DNA of 64,000 nt. Origin: Malacoraja senta (Eukaryota). The position numbers and the translations under genes are program-made. This document shows positions 24,901-40,700 of the stretch, piece by piece; the stretch's first letter is position 1; each line of letters begins with the position of its first letter. The DNA lies in the NCBI GenBank assembly GCA_038087875.1, contig CM075987.1:17486001-17550000 (forward strand), read 5' to 3'. The notes beneath the pieces were generated by a model. The model was not told the origin of the DNA. It was given only the letters and a program-made list of their open reading frames with translations, and did not search any database.

Positions 24901-27900
24901 AACCTCCGCCCCAGTCTCAAGTCTTTTGCAGACTCTAACAGGTTTTCTTCCAAGATTGCCCTGTATTTGGCTCCATCCATCTTCCCATCAACTCTGACCA
25001 GCTTCCCTGTCCCTGCTGAAGAAAAGCATCCCCACAGCATGATGCTGCCACCACCATGTTTCACAGTGGGGATGGTGTGTTCAGGGTGATGTGCAGTGTT
25101 AGGTTTCCGCCACACATAACGTTTTGCATTTAGGACAAAAACTTCAATTTTGGTCTCATCTGACCATAGCACCTTCCTCCACATGTTTGCTGTGTCCCCC
25201 ACATGGCTTGTGGCATACTGCAAACGGGACTTCTTATGGCTTTTTTTCAACAATGGCTTTCTTCTTGCCACTCTTCCATAAAGGCCCGATTTGTGGAGTG
25301 CATGACAAATAGTTGTCCTGTGGACAGATTCTCCCACCTGAGCTGAGGATCTCTGCAGCTCCTCCAGAGTTACCATGGGCCTCTTGGCTGCTTCTCTGAT
25401 CAACGCTCTCCTTGCCGGCCTGTCAGTTTAGGTGGACGGCCATGTCTTGGTAGGTTTGCAGTTGTGCCATACTCTTTCCATTTTCGGATGATGGATTGAA
25501 CAGTGCTCCATGAGATGTTCAAAGCTTGGGATATTTGTTTATAACCTAACCCTGCTTTAAACTTCTCCACAACTTTATCCCTGACCTGTCTGGTGTGTTC
25601 CTTGGGCTTCATGATGCTGTTTGTTCACTAATGTTCTCTAACAAACCTCTGAGGCCTTCACAGAACAGCTGTATTTATACTGAGATTAGATTACACACAA
25701 GTGGACTCTATTTACTAATTAGGTGACTTCTGAAGGCAATTGGTTGCACTGGATTTTATTTAGGGGTATCAGAGTAAAGGGGGCTGAATACTTTTGCACG
25801 CGACACTTTTCAGTTTTTTATTTGTAAAAAAATTTGAAAACCATGTATCATTTTCCTTCCACTTCACAATTATGCGCCACTTTGTGTTGGTCTATCACAT
25901 AAAATCCGAATAAAATACATTTACGTTTGTGGTTGTAACGTGACAAAATGTGGAAAAGTTCAAGGGGTATGAATACGTTTGCAAGCCACTGTAAATTAAA
26001 TTATGTGTGTGTGTGTGTATATGTGTGCGTGAGTGTGAGTGTGGATATATAAAGTAAATAATTGTGTGTGTGCGCGTGCGCGCATGTGTATATTTATATT
26101 ATAAACACACACTAAACTTTTATTTTCTTGTTATGTTTATATATTCCTTCGTGCTGCTGCAAGTATCACACCACGGTGGAGCAGCGGTAGAGTTGCTGCT
26201 TTACAGCGCCTACGGCGCCAGAGACCCGGGTTTGATCCCGACTGATGGTGCTGTCTGTACGGAATTTGTACGTTCTCCCTGTGACCGCGTGGGTTTTCTT
26301 TGAGATCTTCAGTTTCCTCCCACATTCCAAAGACGTGCGGGTTTGTAGGTTAATTGGCTTGGTATAAATAGTATGTGGACAGTGCTAGAATGTGGGGATG
26401 GCTGGTCGGCGCGGACTCGGTGTGTCCGCGCTGTATCTCTAAACTAAAGTAAGAATTTCATTGTTCTGTCTGGGACATATGACAATAAAATGCTCCACTT
26501 GACCCTTGACGAGTTCCCAGCCTTTTTCCCCGCTGCCCTTCTTGAAAAGGGGCACAATATTTCCCACCCCCTAAACGTCCACACCTCACCTTCATTTAAT
26601 GACGAGTCATCAATTTCACCCCTGCAATTTCCTCTCTAGCTTCCCACTTCCTCTCGTGTTTTTTAACCAGCTGTAAAGTTGAAATATTCTTACCTCAGTT
26701 CAGGTTGCATGACGCAGGCAGCATTCGGGAATGGGCATTTACATTTCCGCTCTTCGGTGTCGTGAAGCAATCCGAGATTGTGTCCGAGCTCGTGGGAAAA
26801 CGTTGCAGTAACTGACAGAAAGTTCTGAGCACTGTCCTGGGAAGAGGCAGAATCAACATCTTTAGTACAATCCAACATTAGTTCTCTGGACTTAAGGCAT
26901 TCTCATAGACTTATTAGCACCTACAAGAACTCTGCATAAAATAGTAGGCAGTGAAGATGGTTTTCAAGAATTGCAGTGGGATCTTGATCGGGCTGGACAA
27001 ATGGACAGAGGACTGGCAAATGGAGTTTAACTCAGATGTGGAAAGATTGAACAAACTAGGCTTGTATTCACTAGAGTTTAGAAGGATGAGGGGGATCTTA
27101 TAGAAACATATAAAATTATAAAAGGACTGGACAAGCTAGATGCAGGAAAAATGTTCCCAATGTTGGGCGAGTCCAGAACCAGGGGCCACAGTCTTAGAAT
27201 AAACGGAAGGCCATTTAAGACTGAGGTGAGAAGAAACTTTTTCACCCAGAGAGTTGTGAATTTGTGGAATTCCCTGCCACAGAGAGCAGTGGAGGCCAAA
27301 TCACTGGATGGATTTAAGAGAGAGTTAGATAGAGCTCTAGGGGCCAGTGGAATCAAGGGATATGGGGGGAAGGCAGGCACGGGTTATTGATTGGGGACGA
27401 TCAGCCATGATCATAATGAATGGCGGTGCTGGCTCGAAGGGCTGAATGGCCTCCTCCTGCACCTATTTTCTATGTTTCTGTTTGTATGTGGAAGATGTTG
27501 CAATTTGGGACGGTGAACTAGGGCAGGACCTTGACAGTGGGAGGGTCATTGAGAATGTTGTAGACCAGAGAGATCTAAGAATACAGATACATAGTTCCTT
27601 GAAAGTGGCATCTCAGTTAGATAGGGTGGTGAGAAGGCTTTTGGCATGCTGGTCTTCATCAGTCAGGGAATTGAATATAAACGTTGGGATGTTATCAAGT
27701 CAAGTCAAGTCACATTTATTTATATAGCACATTTAAAAAACAACTCTCGTTGGCCAAAGTGCTTTACATTTGTTATAAGAATAGCATAAACAAAACAAAC
27801 TACATACATATATACATATAGCCCTCACTCAGAGGACGTCAGGAAAGGCTTGGGAGTATAGATAAGTCTTTAGTCTTGACTTAAAAGAGTCGATGGAGGG

Positions 27901-28749
27901 GGCAGTTCTGATGGGAAAGGGGATGCTGTTCCACAGTCTAGGAGCTGCAACGGCAAAGGCCCGGTCGTTTAGTTATGTTTTAGTTATACAAGATGTCGGA
28001 TGTAGATCAGTCACTATTGCTGACTTGTTGCATATCTGGATTTGCTGTTACCGATCTGATCCATGGTCCATGCTGGAATTCCACTATGCCATCTTGTGGT
28101 ATGCATTAGCTAATGGGCCTGTCCCACTTAGGTGACTTTTTAGGCGAGTGCAGGAGACTCTGCACTCGCCACATGGTCGCCACATGTTCGCTGGTGGTCT
28201 CTGGTGAGTCTCCTTCATGGTCGCGAGGAGTTCCCGCAATCTGGGAACTGGTCGCGGGCTCATTATGGTCGCCCCAAATTTTTCAACATGTTTGGTCGCC
28301 ATGGAGACAATCGATAATCCTGTAGTCTTAGGTGCAGTTGTAGTGGGGTCAACATGTAGTTAAGGGTAGCCGCGGTAGTCGTAGGTAGTTGTAGTTAATC
28401 GCCTTTGCTGACCGGTCATTTTCTTTGGCTCATTGGGGAAAAAAAACGTGAGCAGGAGTTTTCAGAACCAAGGATAACCGACTGGTAATGCTAAATGTCC
28501 GCCGAACTTCACAGCCGTGTACCTCTGGCTTATTAAAAGTTGTCTGGCTTCTTAAAAGTTGTCTCCACTTCTTCTCCCCCCTTCTCCCCTCTTTTAAAGG
28601 ACCTACCGTACACCGGTGCTAGCCGTCTTAATTACAGCGCCAACCTTCCTGTTCATCGCGGTGTGTGTCTGTATCACCTTGGCTTTGTACCGTGTGAATT
28701 TCATTCAGCGCTCCCCCGCTTGCCCTGGCCCCCGCCTTTGCGATGTGTT

Positions 28750-28781
<32 letters not shown>

Positions 28782-31700
28782 CCATTCTGACAGTCGCCGT
28801 CCCAGTTCCCGGTTTTTCAGGCGACTGCCGGCAACTTGACAGTCACCAGCAGTCCGCTGAAAAATCGCCTAAGTGGGACAGGCCCATTAGGGTCAATTAC
28901 GGTGCAGTACCTGACAGATGCTAATGCTATGGTCTCAACATGTATTCTTAATAAAATACTTTATAAGAAGTTAAAAGACTGAGTGTCATCACATTTCTTT
29001 ACATTGGTGGGGCTGTATTTGCAGTGTAGTGTTCCAGTTTAGGAATTATACCATTAAGCTTAAAGAAAGAAGTGCAGCATATTGCCAGGATTCAAGGGAC
29101 TGAACTATAGGGAGAGGTTAGGCAGGCTAGGAATTTATTCCTTGGAGTGGAGGCTGAGTGGTGATCATATAGTGGTGTACAAAATCATGATGGGAATACA
29201 CAAGGGAATCAAGAACCAGGGACAGAGGTTGAAGGTGAAAGGATAAAGATTTAACAGGATCTTTTTCTCTGAGTGTGGTGGGTATATGAAATGAGCTGCC
29301 AGAGGCTGTAGTTCAGGCAGGTACTGTCACAACATTGAAACACATTTGAAAAGATACATGCATACGAAAGGTTTAGAAGAATATTGGAGAAAACCAGGCA
29401 AATGGGACTAGATTAGATGAAGCATCTTGAGTTGGAGCAAAGGGCCTGTTCCTGTGCTGCGTGCTCTGACTGCGCTGGGCTCAGACGTCATTGAACTTTC
29501 ACACTGCGGCTGATCCAGTTCCCACCAATCCCACTAGTTAGCACCAGCACTGGTGGTGTGAGTGGTCTCTGTTGACCAAGTTGGCCCAGCCCCCGGGACA
29601 GGGAAGCAAGAGGAATGGGTGCTCACCAGGTTGACGCCTCCAGATCTTTTTACAGAACACATGCTCCCAAGTGATGCCAGCCCAGCGACTCCATCAACAA
29701 AATAGCCCCCTCTGTAATAAGAGAAATCAAAGTTCAGCCAGAACACGAGTCGGTTAAAAAGGCACACAGGTTGGCTACTTGGCTAATTAACAGCTGCAGA
29801 TAAAAGGAACGTATGCCTAAGTGAAACAGCCAGAGTGACTACACTCACAGTGAGAGTGGCCAAGCGCAGGCAGGTCGGATTAGTGAAGATGGGGCATGTT
29901 GGTCAGCATGGGCAAGTTGGGCCGAAGGACCTGTTTACATCCTGTATGACAATGACTTTGCTGTATGGATTCAGAACGGGCTTACTCATAGAAGAGGGAT
30001 GTGATGGAAGATACTTATTCTGTCTGGACAATAGACAATAGGTGCAGGAGTACACCATTCGGCCCTTCGAGCCAGCACCGCCATTCAATGTGATCATGGC
30101 TGATCATCCCCAATCAGTACCCCATTCCTGCCTTCTCCCCATACCCCCTATCTTTAAGAGCCCTATCTAGCTCTCTCTTGAAAGCATCCAGAGAACCTGC
30201 CTCCACCGCCCTCTGAGGCAGAGAATTCCACAGACTCACCACTCTCTGTGAGAAAAAGTGTTTCCTCGTCTCCGTTCTAAATGGCTTATTCCTTATTCTT
30301 AAACCGTGGCCCCTGGTTCTGGACTCCCCCAACATTGGGAACATGTTTCCTGCCTCTAGCATGTCCAAGCCCTTAACAATCTTATATGTTTCAATGTAAT
30401 TCCCTCTCATCCTTCTAAACTCCAGAGTGTACAAGCCCAGCTGCTCCAATCTCTCAGCATATGAGTCCCGCCATCCCAGGAATTATTCCTGTAAACCTAC
30501 GCTGCACTCTCTAAATAGCAAGAATGTCCTTCTTCAAATTAGGGGACCAAAACTGCACACAATACTCCAGGTGTGGTCTCACTAGGGCCCTGTACAACTG
30601 CAGAAGGACCTCTTTGCTCCTATACTAGACTCCTCTTGTTATAAAGGCCAACATGCCATTCGCTTTTTTCACTGCCTGAACAAGGAGCCCAAGATCCCGT
30701 AGTACTTCCCCTTTTCCCAACTTGACGCCATGTAGATAGTAATCTGCCTTCCTGTTTTTGATACCAAAGTGGATAACCTCACATTTATCCACATTAAACT
30801 TCATCTGCCATGCATCTGCCCACTCCTCCAACCTGTCCAAGTCACCCTGCATTCTCATAGCATCCTCCTCACAGTTCACTCTGCCACCTAGTTTTGTGTC
30901 ATCTGCAAATTTGCTAATGTTACTTTGAATCCCTTCATCGCAGATTGTTAAGGGCTTGGACACGCTAGAAGCAGGAAACATGTTCCCGATGTTGGGGGAG
31001 TCCAGAACCTGGGGCCACAGTTTAAGAATAAGGAGTAAGCCATTTAGAATGGAGATGAGGAAACACTTTTTCTCACAGAGAGTTGTGAGTCTGTGGAATT
31101 CTCTGCCTCAGAGGGCAGTGGAGGCAGGTTCTCTGGATGCTTTCAAGAGAGAGCTAGATAGGGCTCTTAAAAATAGCGGAGTCAGGGGATATGGGGAGAA
31201 GGCAGGAACGAGGTACTGATTGGGGATGATCAGCCATGATCACATTGAATGGCGGGCTGGCTCGAAGGGCCGAATGGTCTACTCCTGCACCTATTGTCTA
31301 TTGTCTATTATCATCCAAATCATTGATGGATATTGTAAATAGCTGCGGTCCCAGCACCGAGCCTTGTGGTACCCCACTAGTCATTGCCTGCCATTCTGAA
31401 AGGGACCGATTAATCCCTACTCTTTGTTTCCTGTCTGCCAACCACTTCTCTATCCATGTCAGCACTCTACCCCCAATACCATGTGCCCTAATTTTGCCCA
31501 TTAATCTCCTATGTAGGACCTTATCAAATGCTTTCTGAAAGTCCAGGTACACTACATCCACTGGCTCTCCCTTGTCCATTTTCCCAGTTACATCCTCAAA
31601 AAATTGCAGAAGATTAGTGAAGCATGATTTCCCCTTCGTAAATCCATGCTGACTCGGACTGATCCCGATCTTATAGAGGTGTATAAAATCATGAGAGGAA

Positions 31701-34700
31701 TAGATCAGGTAGACGCACAGCATGTCTTGCTCAGAGTAGGGGAATTGAGAAGCAGAGGACATAGGTTTAAGGTGAAGATGAAATGATTCTGATCTTGAGC
31801 TGTGGTGCTCCATGTTCTATGTTCGGTGTGTCTCTAATGACTCAACAACATCTGGAGATGCACGTAGAAAGCATTTGATTGGGTTACATCACAGCTTGGT
31901 TTGGAAACTTCACACTACCTCAAGGAAGCAGCCAAACTAAACAAGGACCTTTATGATCCGAGTCATTCCCTTTGTTATCAGATTAATGAACAGTCTTCTA
32001 ATTAGCTATGGTGTCATCCCAATCTCCATTATTTGCGAGGATGTTGCTGGGACGGAGGGTCTGGGCTACAGGGAGAGGTTGGGGCAGGCTAGGACTATTC
32101 TTTGTAGCGCAGGAGGCTGAGGGGTGATCTTATAGAGGTGTATAAAATCATGAGCGAAATAGATAAGGTGAATGCACAGAATCTTTTACCCAGAGTAGGG
32201 GAATCTTCGATTGGACAGGTTTAGTGGGATATAGACCAAATGCAGGCAGGTGGGACTAGTGTAGATGGGGAAAATGTTGGTGGGCATGGAGGAGTGGGAC
32301 AGAAGGGCCTGTGTCGGGGCTGGGTGTGACTATGATGAGAGCAGGGTGGGTGTGAGTCGGGGCTGGGTGTGACTAGGATGGGAGCAGGGTGGGTGTGTGG
32401 GTGCTGGGTGTGACTATGATGAGGGCAGGGTGAGTGTGTGGGTGCTGGGTGTGACTATGATGAGGGCAGGGTGAGTGTGTGGGTGCTGGGTGTGACTATG
32501 ATAAGAGCAGGGTGGGTGTGTGAGTCGGGGCTGGGTGTGTCTATGATGAGAGCAGGGTGGGTGTGTCGGGGCTAGGTGTGACTATGATGGGAGCAGGGTG
32601 GGTGTGTGAGTCGGGGCTGGGTGTGTCTATGATGAGAGCTGGGTGGGTGTGTGAGTCGGGGCTGGGTGTGGGACACTCACAAGATGAGGTGGGCGTTGTC
32701 ATTGTGGAGTCGTGGGAGTAAGACATTCTCTCTCCAATTTAGGAAACGTGCCGCCATTTTCAAAGAGTCGTGGTCCATCTTGACCTGGTCATAGGTCCAC
32801 ACTTCGGCCCCAACCAGAGCGATGCGGATGTTGAAGAATGTTCTGTAGTACTGTGGGAGCAAGGAGGGGGGGGGGGGGGGGGGTGGGGGGGTTAGAAACA
32901 CAGATGTTGGATTTACCTGAAGCTCCAAAACACATTCATTCAACGAAGCAGCGAGGGGGGCAGCAACATGGACACGGCTCTCCGCTCCTCCATTGTGTAC
33001 GTCCCCACAACCCTCAATCCCCTGACACACTCACACTCATACTGACACTCACACTCACACTGGCACTCACACCCACATTGACACCCACACTGACACTGAC
33101 ACCCAAACTCAGTGACACTCACACTGACACTGACACACACACTGACACTCATACTGACACTCATACTGACACTGACACCCACACTCAGTCACACTGACAC
33201 CCACACACACTGACACTCATACTGACACTCACTCACACTGGCACTCACACTCACACTGACACCCACACACACTAACACTCACACTCACATACCCACACAC
33301 ACACACACTCACACACACACACTCACACCCACACCCATACTCAAACCCACACCCATACTCAAACCCACACCCATACTCACACCCACACCCGCATTCACAC
33401 CCACACCCGCACTCACACCCACTCACTCGCACCCACACCCAAACTCACACCCACTCACATGCACACCCACACTCACACCCACACTCAAACTCACACCCAC
33501 CCACAATCACACCCACCACCAGTCACACTAACACCCACTCACACCCACTCAGTCACACCCCCACTCACACCCACTCACATCCACGCCCCACTCACACCCA
33601 CCCACCCACATTCACACCCAAACTCACACCCACACCCACTCACACCCGCACCCCCGCTCACACATCCACTCTCACAACCCCACCCACACCCACACTCACA
33701 CCCACTCTCCCACACACCCACTCACACCCATACTTGCACCCACACTCAGACTCCCACTCACACCCACAGATACTCACCCCCACACTTGCACCCACACTCA
33801 CTCACACCCCCACTCACACCCACTCACATTCACACCCACTCACACCTACGCCCGTGCCCATGCGCACACCCACTCACACACTCACACTCGCACCCACACT
33901 CACACTCACACACACACCCACACTTACGCCCACGCCCACGCCCACGTGCACATCCACACTCACACATACAAACACTAACACACACTAACATGCACACATT
34001 CACGAATATGCACACACCGGGTACACCATGCACACACACAAGGCGTGCCCCACACACCCACACAAATATACGCACACATACCCACAAACCAGGTCCACAC
34101 AAATCCATACACACACCGGCATGCACATACACACCAGGTTCACATATTAACACACATACACACACACCTGGTGCACACATACACACACACACACGGTACA
34201 CACACACATGTGCGCACACACACCTAGGTGTGCATGCACCAGGTGCGCGCACACACCAGGTCTGAACATGCACGCATACATAAGGACACACATAAACACC
34301 AGATACTCACACATGTTTACACACATGTACATGCCCATACACGTGCACACACACCACATGAGTTTGCACACATATATACACACAGCAGGTGCACAAACAC
34401 ACGCTCACACACACACACACACTCACACTCACCAGATCGGCTGTGTTGGCAATATTGAGCAGCCGGTCCAGCACTTTCTTTATATTTTCGCTGTATTGCT
34501 GGTACTACAAAGGAAGCAGAGGATGGGGTCCGTGAGCAGAATAATGCCTCTGTGGCCCACCGCTCCCACCCCCACCCCCATCCCCACCCCCTCCCTCACC
34601 CCCACCCCCTCCCTCACCCCCACCCTCACCGCCACCCCCACCAACCCCAACCCCACCCCCTCCACCCCCAACCCCACCCACCCCCCTCACCCCCACCCTC

Positions 34701-37700
34701 ACCGCCAGCCCCACCAACCCCAACCCCACCCCCACCAACCACACCACCCCCAACCACACACTCACCACCCCCACCCCCACCCTCACCCTCACCCTCACCC
34801 CCACCACCCCCACCCCACCCCCATCCCCACCCTCACCACCCCCACCCCTACCACCCCTACCCCCACCACCCCATCCTCACTGCCCCACCACTCTCACCCC
34901 CCTCACCCTCAACTGGAAGTACATGAAACATGAGGCGGATGAAGCCATGCCTCCCCACAAGCCTGCTGTAGTTTAGTTTCCGTTCTGTTTATTCTCACTT
35001 GTACTGAGGTACAGTGAATAGCTTTTTTTGTTACATGCTATCCAGTCCAGTGGAAAGCCGATACACATTTACAATCAAGCCATCCATAGTGTACAGCTAC
35101 AGCATAAACGGATAACATTTAGTGCAAAGTCATGAACAGAAAAGACAGATTAAAGATAGTCTGAGGGTCTCCAATGAAATACATAGTTGGTCAGGACTAC
35201 TCTCGGGTTCAGTACATGATGGTACGCTGCTTTAGTCACATTAACACTAATAACAACACAGATCATAGTAATAAAGTACATCCATACCACATCACAAATC
35301 ACAAATCTCACCAACAAACATAGTGCAAAAGAACAGACAAAAACCATAGACAAGACACTGTATACATCAAAAGTCAAAAAGTTATTGGAGGGAATTAAGT
35401 ATTCTTATTGCTGAGGGGAAGAAACTGTTTTTAAAGCGGGTGGATTTTGTAGCAAGTGACCTAAGGCGCCTCCCTGAAGGGAGAGACTGGAAAAGGTGGT
35501 TTGCTGGATGGGAGGGGTCCGAGATGATCTTTGTTGCCCATTTTGAGGTACGTTGGAGGTAAATGGAATGGATTGAGGGGAGGGAGAGTTGATGATCCTA
35601 GAGGCCTTGGAGACAATGCGCTGTATTCTGTGTAGTGAGTGACTGTCAGTGTTTCCGTACCAGACTGTGATGATGCTTTCAATGATGGATTGATAGAAGC
35701 GGACCAGGAGGTGTTTGTGGACTCTGAACTTTTTGAGCTGTCTGAGGAAGTCTAGGTGTTGTTGTCCTTTCTTGATGATGTGGACTGCATTGATGTGCCA
35801 TTTTAGATTATTGCAGATATAGGTGCCCAGAAACTTAAATAAGTTCCTGGAGGTTATGGGATGGGAGTTGACATGGACCAGGGGTTTGAGGTTTTGTTTG
35901 CGTCTGAAATCTATGATGATTTCTAAGGTTTTTGAGGTGTTAAGCTGGAGGTTGTTGTCTGCGCACCATTTGACTGCGCTGTCCACTGTTTGATGGTTCA
36001 GTTGCCTGATAACAGCTGGGAAGAAACTGTCCCTGAATCTGGAGGTGTGCATTTTCACACTTCTATACCTTTTGCCTGATGGGTGAGGGGAGAAGAGGGC
36101 CAGGGGTGCGACTGGTCCTTGATTATGCTGCTGGCCTTGCCGGGGCAGCGTGAGGTGTAGATGGAGTCAATGGACGGGAGGTTGGTTTGTGTGATGGTCT
36201 GGGCTGCTGGCCTTGCCGAGGCAGCGTGAGGTGTAGATGGGGTCAATGGAAGGGAGGTTGGTTTGTGTGATGGTCTGGGCTGCTGGCCTTGCCGAGGCAG
36301 CGTGAGGTGTAGATGGGGTCAATGGAAGGGAGGTTGGTTTGTGTGATGGTCAGGGTTGCGTCCACAACTCTGCAATTTCTTACAATCTTGGATGGAGCTG
36401 TTCCCAAACCATAGATAGATACAAAAGGCTGGAGTAACTCAAGGGGACAGGCAGCATCTCTGAAGAGAAGAAATGGGTGACATTTCAGGTCGAGGCCATT
36501 TCAGGTCGAGGCCATTCTTCAGACTGGTTGGGGATAAGAGAAGCTAGAGATATAGACTGTGATGTGGAGAGATAAAGAACAATGAATGAAAGATATGCAA
36601 AAAAGTAACGGATAAAGAAAACAAGCCATCATAAGCTGTAAGGGTGAAAATGAGAAGCTAGTGCGACTTGGGTGGGGGAGGGTAAGAGAGAGAGGGAATG
36701 CCGGGGCTACCTGAAGTGAAGGCTAGGTGCTGGGACCGCAGCTATTTACAATATACATCAATGATTTAGATGAAGGGATTAAAAGTAACATGAGCAAATT
36801 TGCAGATGACACAAAGCTGGGTGGCAGTGTGAACTGTGAGGAGGATGCTATGAGAGTTCAGGGTGACTTGGACAGGTTGGGTGAGTGGTCAGATGCATGG
36901 CAGATGCAGTTTAATGTGGATAAATGTGAGGTTACCCACTTTGGGGGCAAAAACAGGAAGGCAGATTATTATCTGAATGGCGTCAGGTTTGGAAAAGGGG
37001 AAGTACAAAGAGATATGGGGGTCCTTGTTCATCAGTCACTGACAGTAAGCATGCAGGTACAGCAGGCAGTGAAGAAAGTGAATGGCATGTTGGCCTTTAT
37101 AACAAGAGGAGTTGAGTATAGGAGCAAAGAGGTCCTTCTGCAGTTGCACAAGGCCCTGATGAACCACACCTGGAGTATTGTGTGCTGTTTTGGTCTCCAA
37201 ATTTGAGGAAGGACATTCTTGCTATTGAGGGAGTGCAGCGTAGGTTCACAAGGTTAATTCCCAGGATGGCGGGACTGTCGTATGTTGATAGAATGGAACG
37301 GCTGGGCTTATATCCTCTGGAATTTAGAAGGATGAAAGGGGATCATATTGAAACATATAAGATTATTAAGAGATTGGACACGCTAGAGGCAAGAAACATG
37401 TTCCCAATGTTGGGGGAGTCCAGAACCAGGGGCCACAGTTTAAGAATAAGGGGTAGACCATTTAGAACGAAGATGAGGAAAAACATTTTCACCCAGAGGT
37501 GTTGTGAGTCTGTGGAATTCTCTGCCTCAGAAGGCAGTGGAGGCCAATTCTCTGGATGCTTTCAAGAGAAAGTTAGATAGAGTTCTTAAAGATAGTGGAG
37601 ATATAGGGAGTAGGCAGGAACGGGGTACTGATTGGGGATGATCAGCCATGATCACAGTGAATGGCAGTGCTTGCTCGAAGGGCCGAATGGCCTACTCCTG

Positions 37701-40700
37701 AACCTATTGTCTATTGTTTATTGTCACCCATATAGCCTCACTAGACAAACCATCTGTAATGTCCCCTGTGGCTAGAGGGTGTGAGCTATAGAGAGAGGTT
37801 GAGTCGGCTGGGACTCTATTCCTTGGAGCGCAGGAGGATGAGGGGGAATCTTATAGAGGTGTTCAAAATCATGAGAGGAATAGATCGGGTAGACGCACAA
37901 TAAGAGGAGGAAGATTCTCTTGCCCAGAGTAGGTGAATCGAGAACCAGAGGACATAGGGTTAAAGTGAAAGGAAAAAGATTTAATGGGAATCTGAGGTGT
38001 GAGTTTTTCACACAAAGGGTGGTGGGTGTTTGGCAACTATGAGCTTGTTTAGCTCTATGATGCTAACAGTCACATGGTTTCATTGTTTGACGATCCAAAA
38101 ACCAAAGTGTGTGGTTGGGGTCGGGTGAAACTGAAAACACTGCAGCTCTCAGTAAAACCAAGGCACAACCTGGGCAGAGGTCACACTGAGAACCTGAAAC
38201 AGCCATTCACCTGTCTGGGACACTGATGGAACGAGCTGGTTCATCAGCCACTTGTGTTGTTTTACAGTTAGGATGTGACCTCCACCACTCCTGGAAGTGA
38301 GTTCCAGTCACTCACCATCCTCTATAAAATGGTTGCCTCACGTATCTCATTTAAACATCTCCCCCAACCTCTGACGTTCCAGAGAAAACAATCCAAGTCT
38401 AGCCAACCATTCCCTGTAGCTGAACCCCTCTAATCCAGATGTCTTGGTGAACCATCTCTGCACCCTCTCCAAAGCCTCCATATCCTTCCAGTAATGAGGC
38501 GACCAGAACTGCACGCAACACTCCAAATGTGGCCGAACCAAAGTCCTATAAAGCTGCATCATGACATCCTGACTCTTATACTCAATGCATCGAACTATGA
38601 GAGCAAGCATAACATAGACAGAAGATAAATAAATGTTACAGTGAGGTGGTCACACCTCAGTCACAGGCAGAAAGTAGATGGGTGACCACCAGGAGTAGGC
38701 AGTGTGCAGGTATCCCCTGTGGCCATTCGCCTGTGCATCAGCCCGGGACAGCCATCAGACATGGGCAGTTCATTGACAATGACGGCACACTGGTGCTGCG
38801 GGTAGTTTCCTATAACATGGTGCCCAATACTAAGCACAATACTCTAAAGGTGGTCTCACTAACATCTTACAGAACTAACATGACCTCCAAACGTGTAACC
38901 CTATCTACCTGTGATGCCATCTTCAAGGAAGATGCCGTTATGGTTATATGGTTAACATGACCTCCAAACGTGTAACCCTATCTACCTGTGATGCCATCTT
39001 CAAGGAAGATGCCGTTATGGTTATATGGTTATATGGTTATATGAAGTACCTGCGCTCCTAGATCCCTCTGCTCTACAATACTCTCCAGAGTAGGTCCTGC
39101 TCTTGTTCGACATCCCAAAATGCAACACCTCACATTTCTCCGCATTAAATTCCATCATCCATTCCTCAGCCCACTTGGTCAATTGATCAAGGTCCTACCT
39201 GTCTACTATACCACTCTCTTTAGTGTCATCTGCAAACTTGCTAATCTTGCCTTGTACGTTCTCATCACTGCACTGATATAGATGACAAACAGCCACGGGC
39301 CCAGCACCGAACCCTGAGGCACTCCGCTAGTCACAGGCCTCCAGTGTGAAAAACAACCTTCCACCATCACCCTCTGCTTCCTTCCATGAAGCCAATATTC
39401 TATCCATTCAGAGATAGATACAAAATGCTGGAGTAACTCAGCGGAAGGGTCTCGACCTGAAATGTCACTTATTCCTTCTCTTCAGAGTTGCTGCCTATCT
39501 CCAGCCTCTCAGCTTCTGTAGTTCCTTTCTACACATTTCTATCCATTCAGCTGTCTCTCCTTGGATCCCGTGCGCTCTAAGTTTCCAAGCAGCCTACCAT
39601 GCCTTGCTGAAATCCATATATACGACGACAGTTCTGCCCTCATCAACTTTTTTGGTCGTGTCTTCAAAAATCTCAATCAGATTCGTGAGACACGACCTCG
39701 CACGTACAAAACCATACTGACTATCCATGAACTAGTGTGAACGTGTGATTGATGTTCGGCATCGAGTCGATGGGCCGAAGGGCCTGTTTCTACGCTGACG
39801 CTCTAAACTAAACTAAAGGAAGTAAAATGTACTTCACTGAAGTGCTGACAATGACGGTCCAAGAAGGGATAACGTTCTCACGTTGGAGACATGCGGACAA
39901 ATCACCTACCTCGGCGTTGTCTGCAACCAGCACCATTTCGATGTACCGTGCCTCTGCAAACACATCCCTCTTCACCTGAAAGGAAGGGCAATCCTGGTTA
40001 GTTGATGTGATCAGTACTGCAACATCTGGCCAGGCCACAGATCACTAGCCATCAAGCCATCTGTAACAACATTTCAATGATTCAATTGTACTTTCAAAGA
40101 TTACACGAGGCTCTGTATAGGTCTGTGATCAGACAGATGGTTGGAAGTAACCCAGATGAGGAACATGAGGACTTGACCAAGGACAGGAGCCACAGATTGA
40201 GATCGTGCACGGAATTACTATCTAATCAGATTACTATCTAAATGGCGTCAAGTTGGGAAAAGGGGAAGTACAACGGGATCTGGGGGTCCTTGTACATCAG
40301 TCTATGAAAGTAAGCATGCAGGTACAGCAGGCAGTGAAGAAAGCAAATGGCATGTTGGCCTTTATAGTCACATTTCATAATCACATTTATTTATATAGCA
40401 CATTTAAAAAACAACTCTCGTTGGCCAAAGTGCTTTACATTTGTTATAAGAATAGTATAAACAAACAAACTACATACATATAATAATAATAATAATAATA
40501 ATACATTGTATTTGTATAGCGCTTTTCAAGGACTCAAAGTCGCTTTACATGGAGAGTCAAGAACAAAACAAAATAGAACAAAATAGGGCAGTAAGACAGA
40601 GATGCAAAGGGGAGGGGGACATGGGACTAAGGGTATGCAGAGGTGAAGAGATGGGTCTTGAGGCGGGACTGGAGGATGGTGAGGGACTCAGAATTTCGGA

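Noticed and set aside
26172..26250. tRNA gene
   Set aside because: The A/B boxes belong to a SINE head; no complete cloverleaf.
33229..34933. His/Thr/Pro- and Cys/Val-rich ORFs
   Set aside because: Translations of CA/CCCA low-complexity DNA. Only the 72-nt exon at 34433-34504 is supported.
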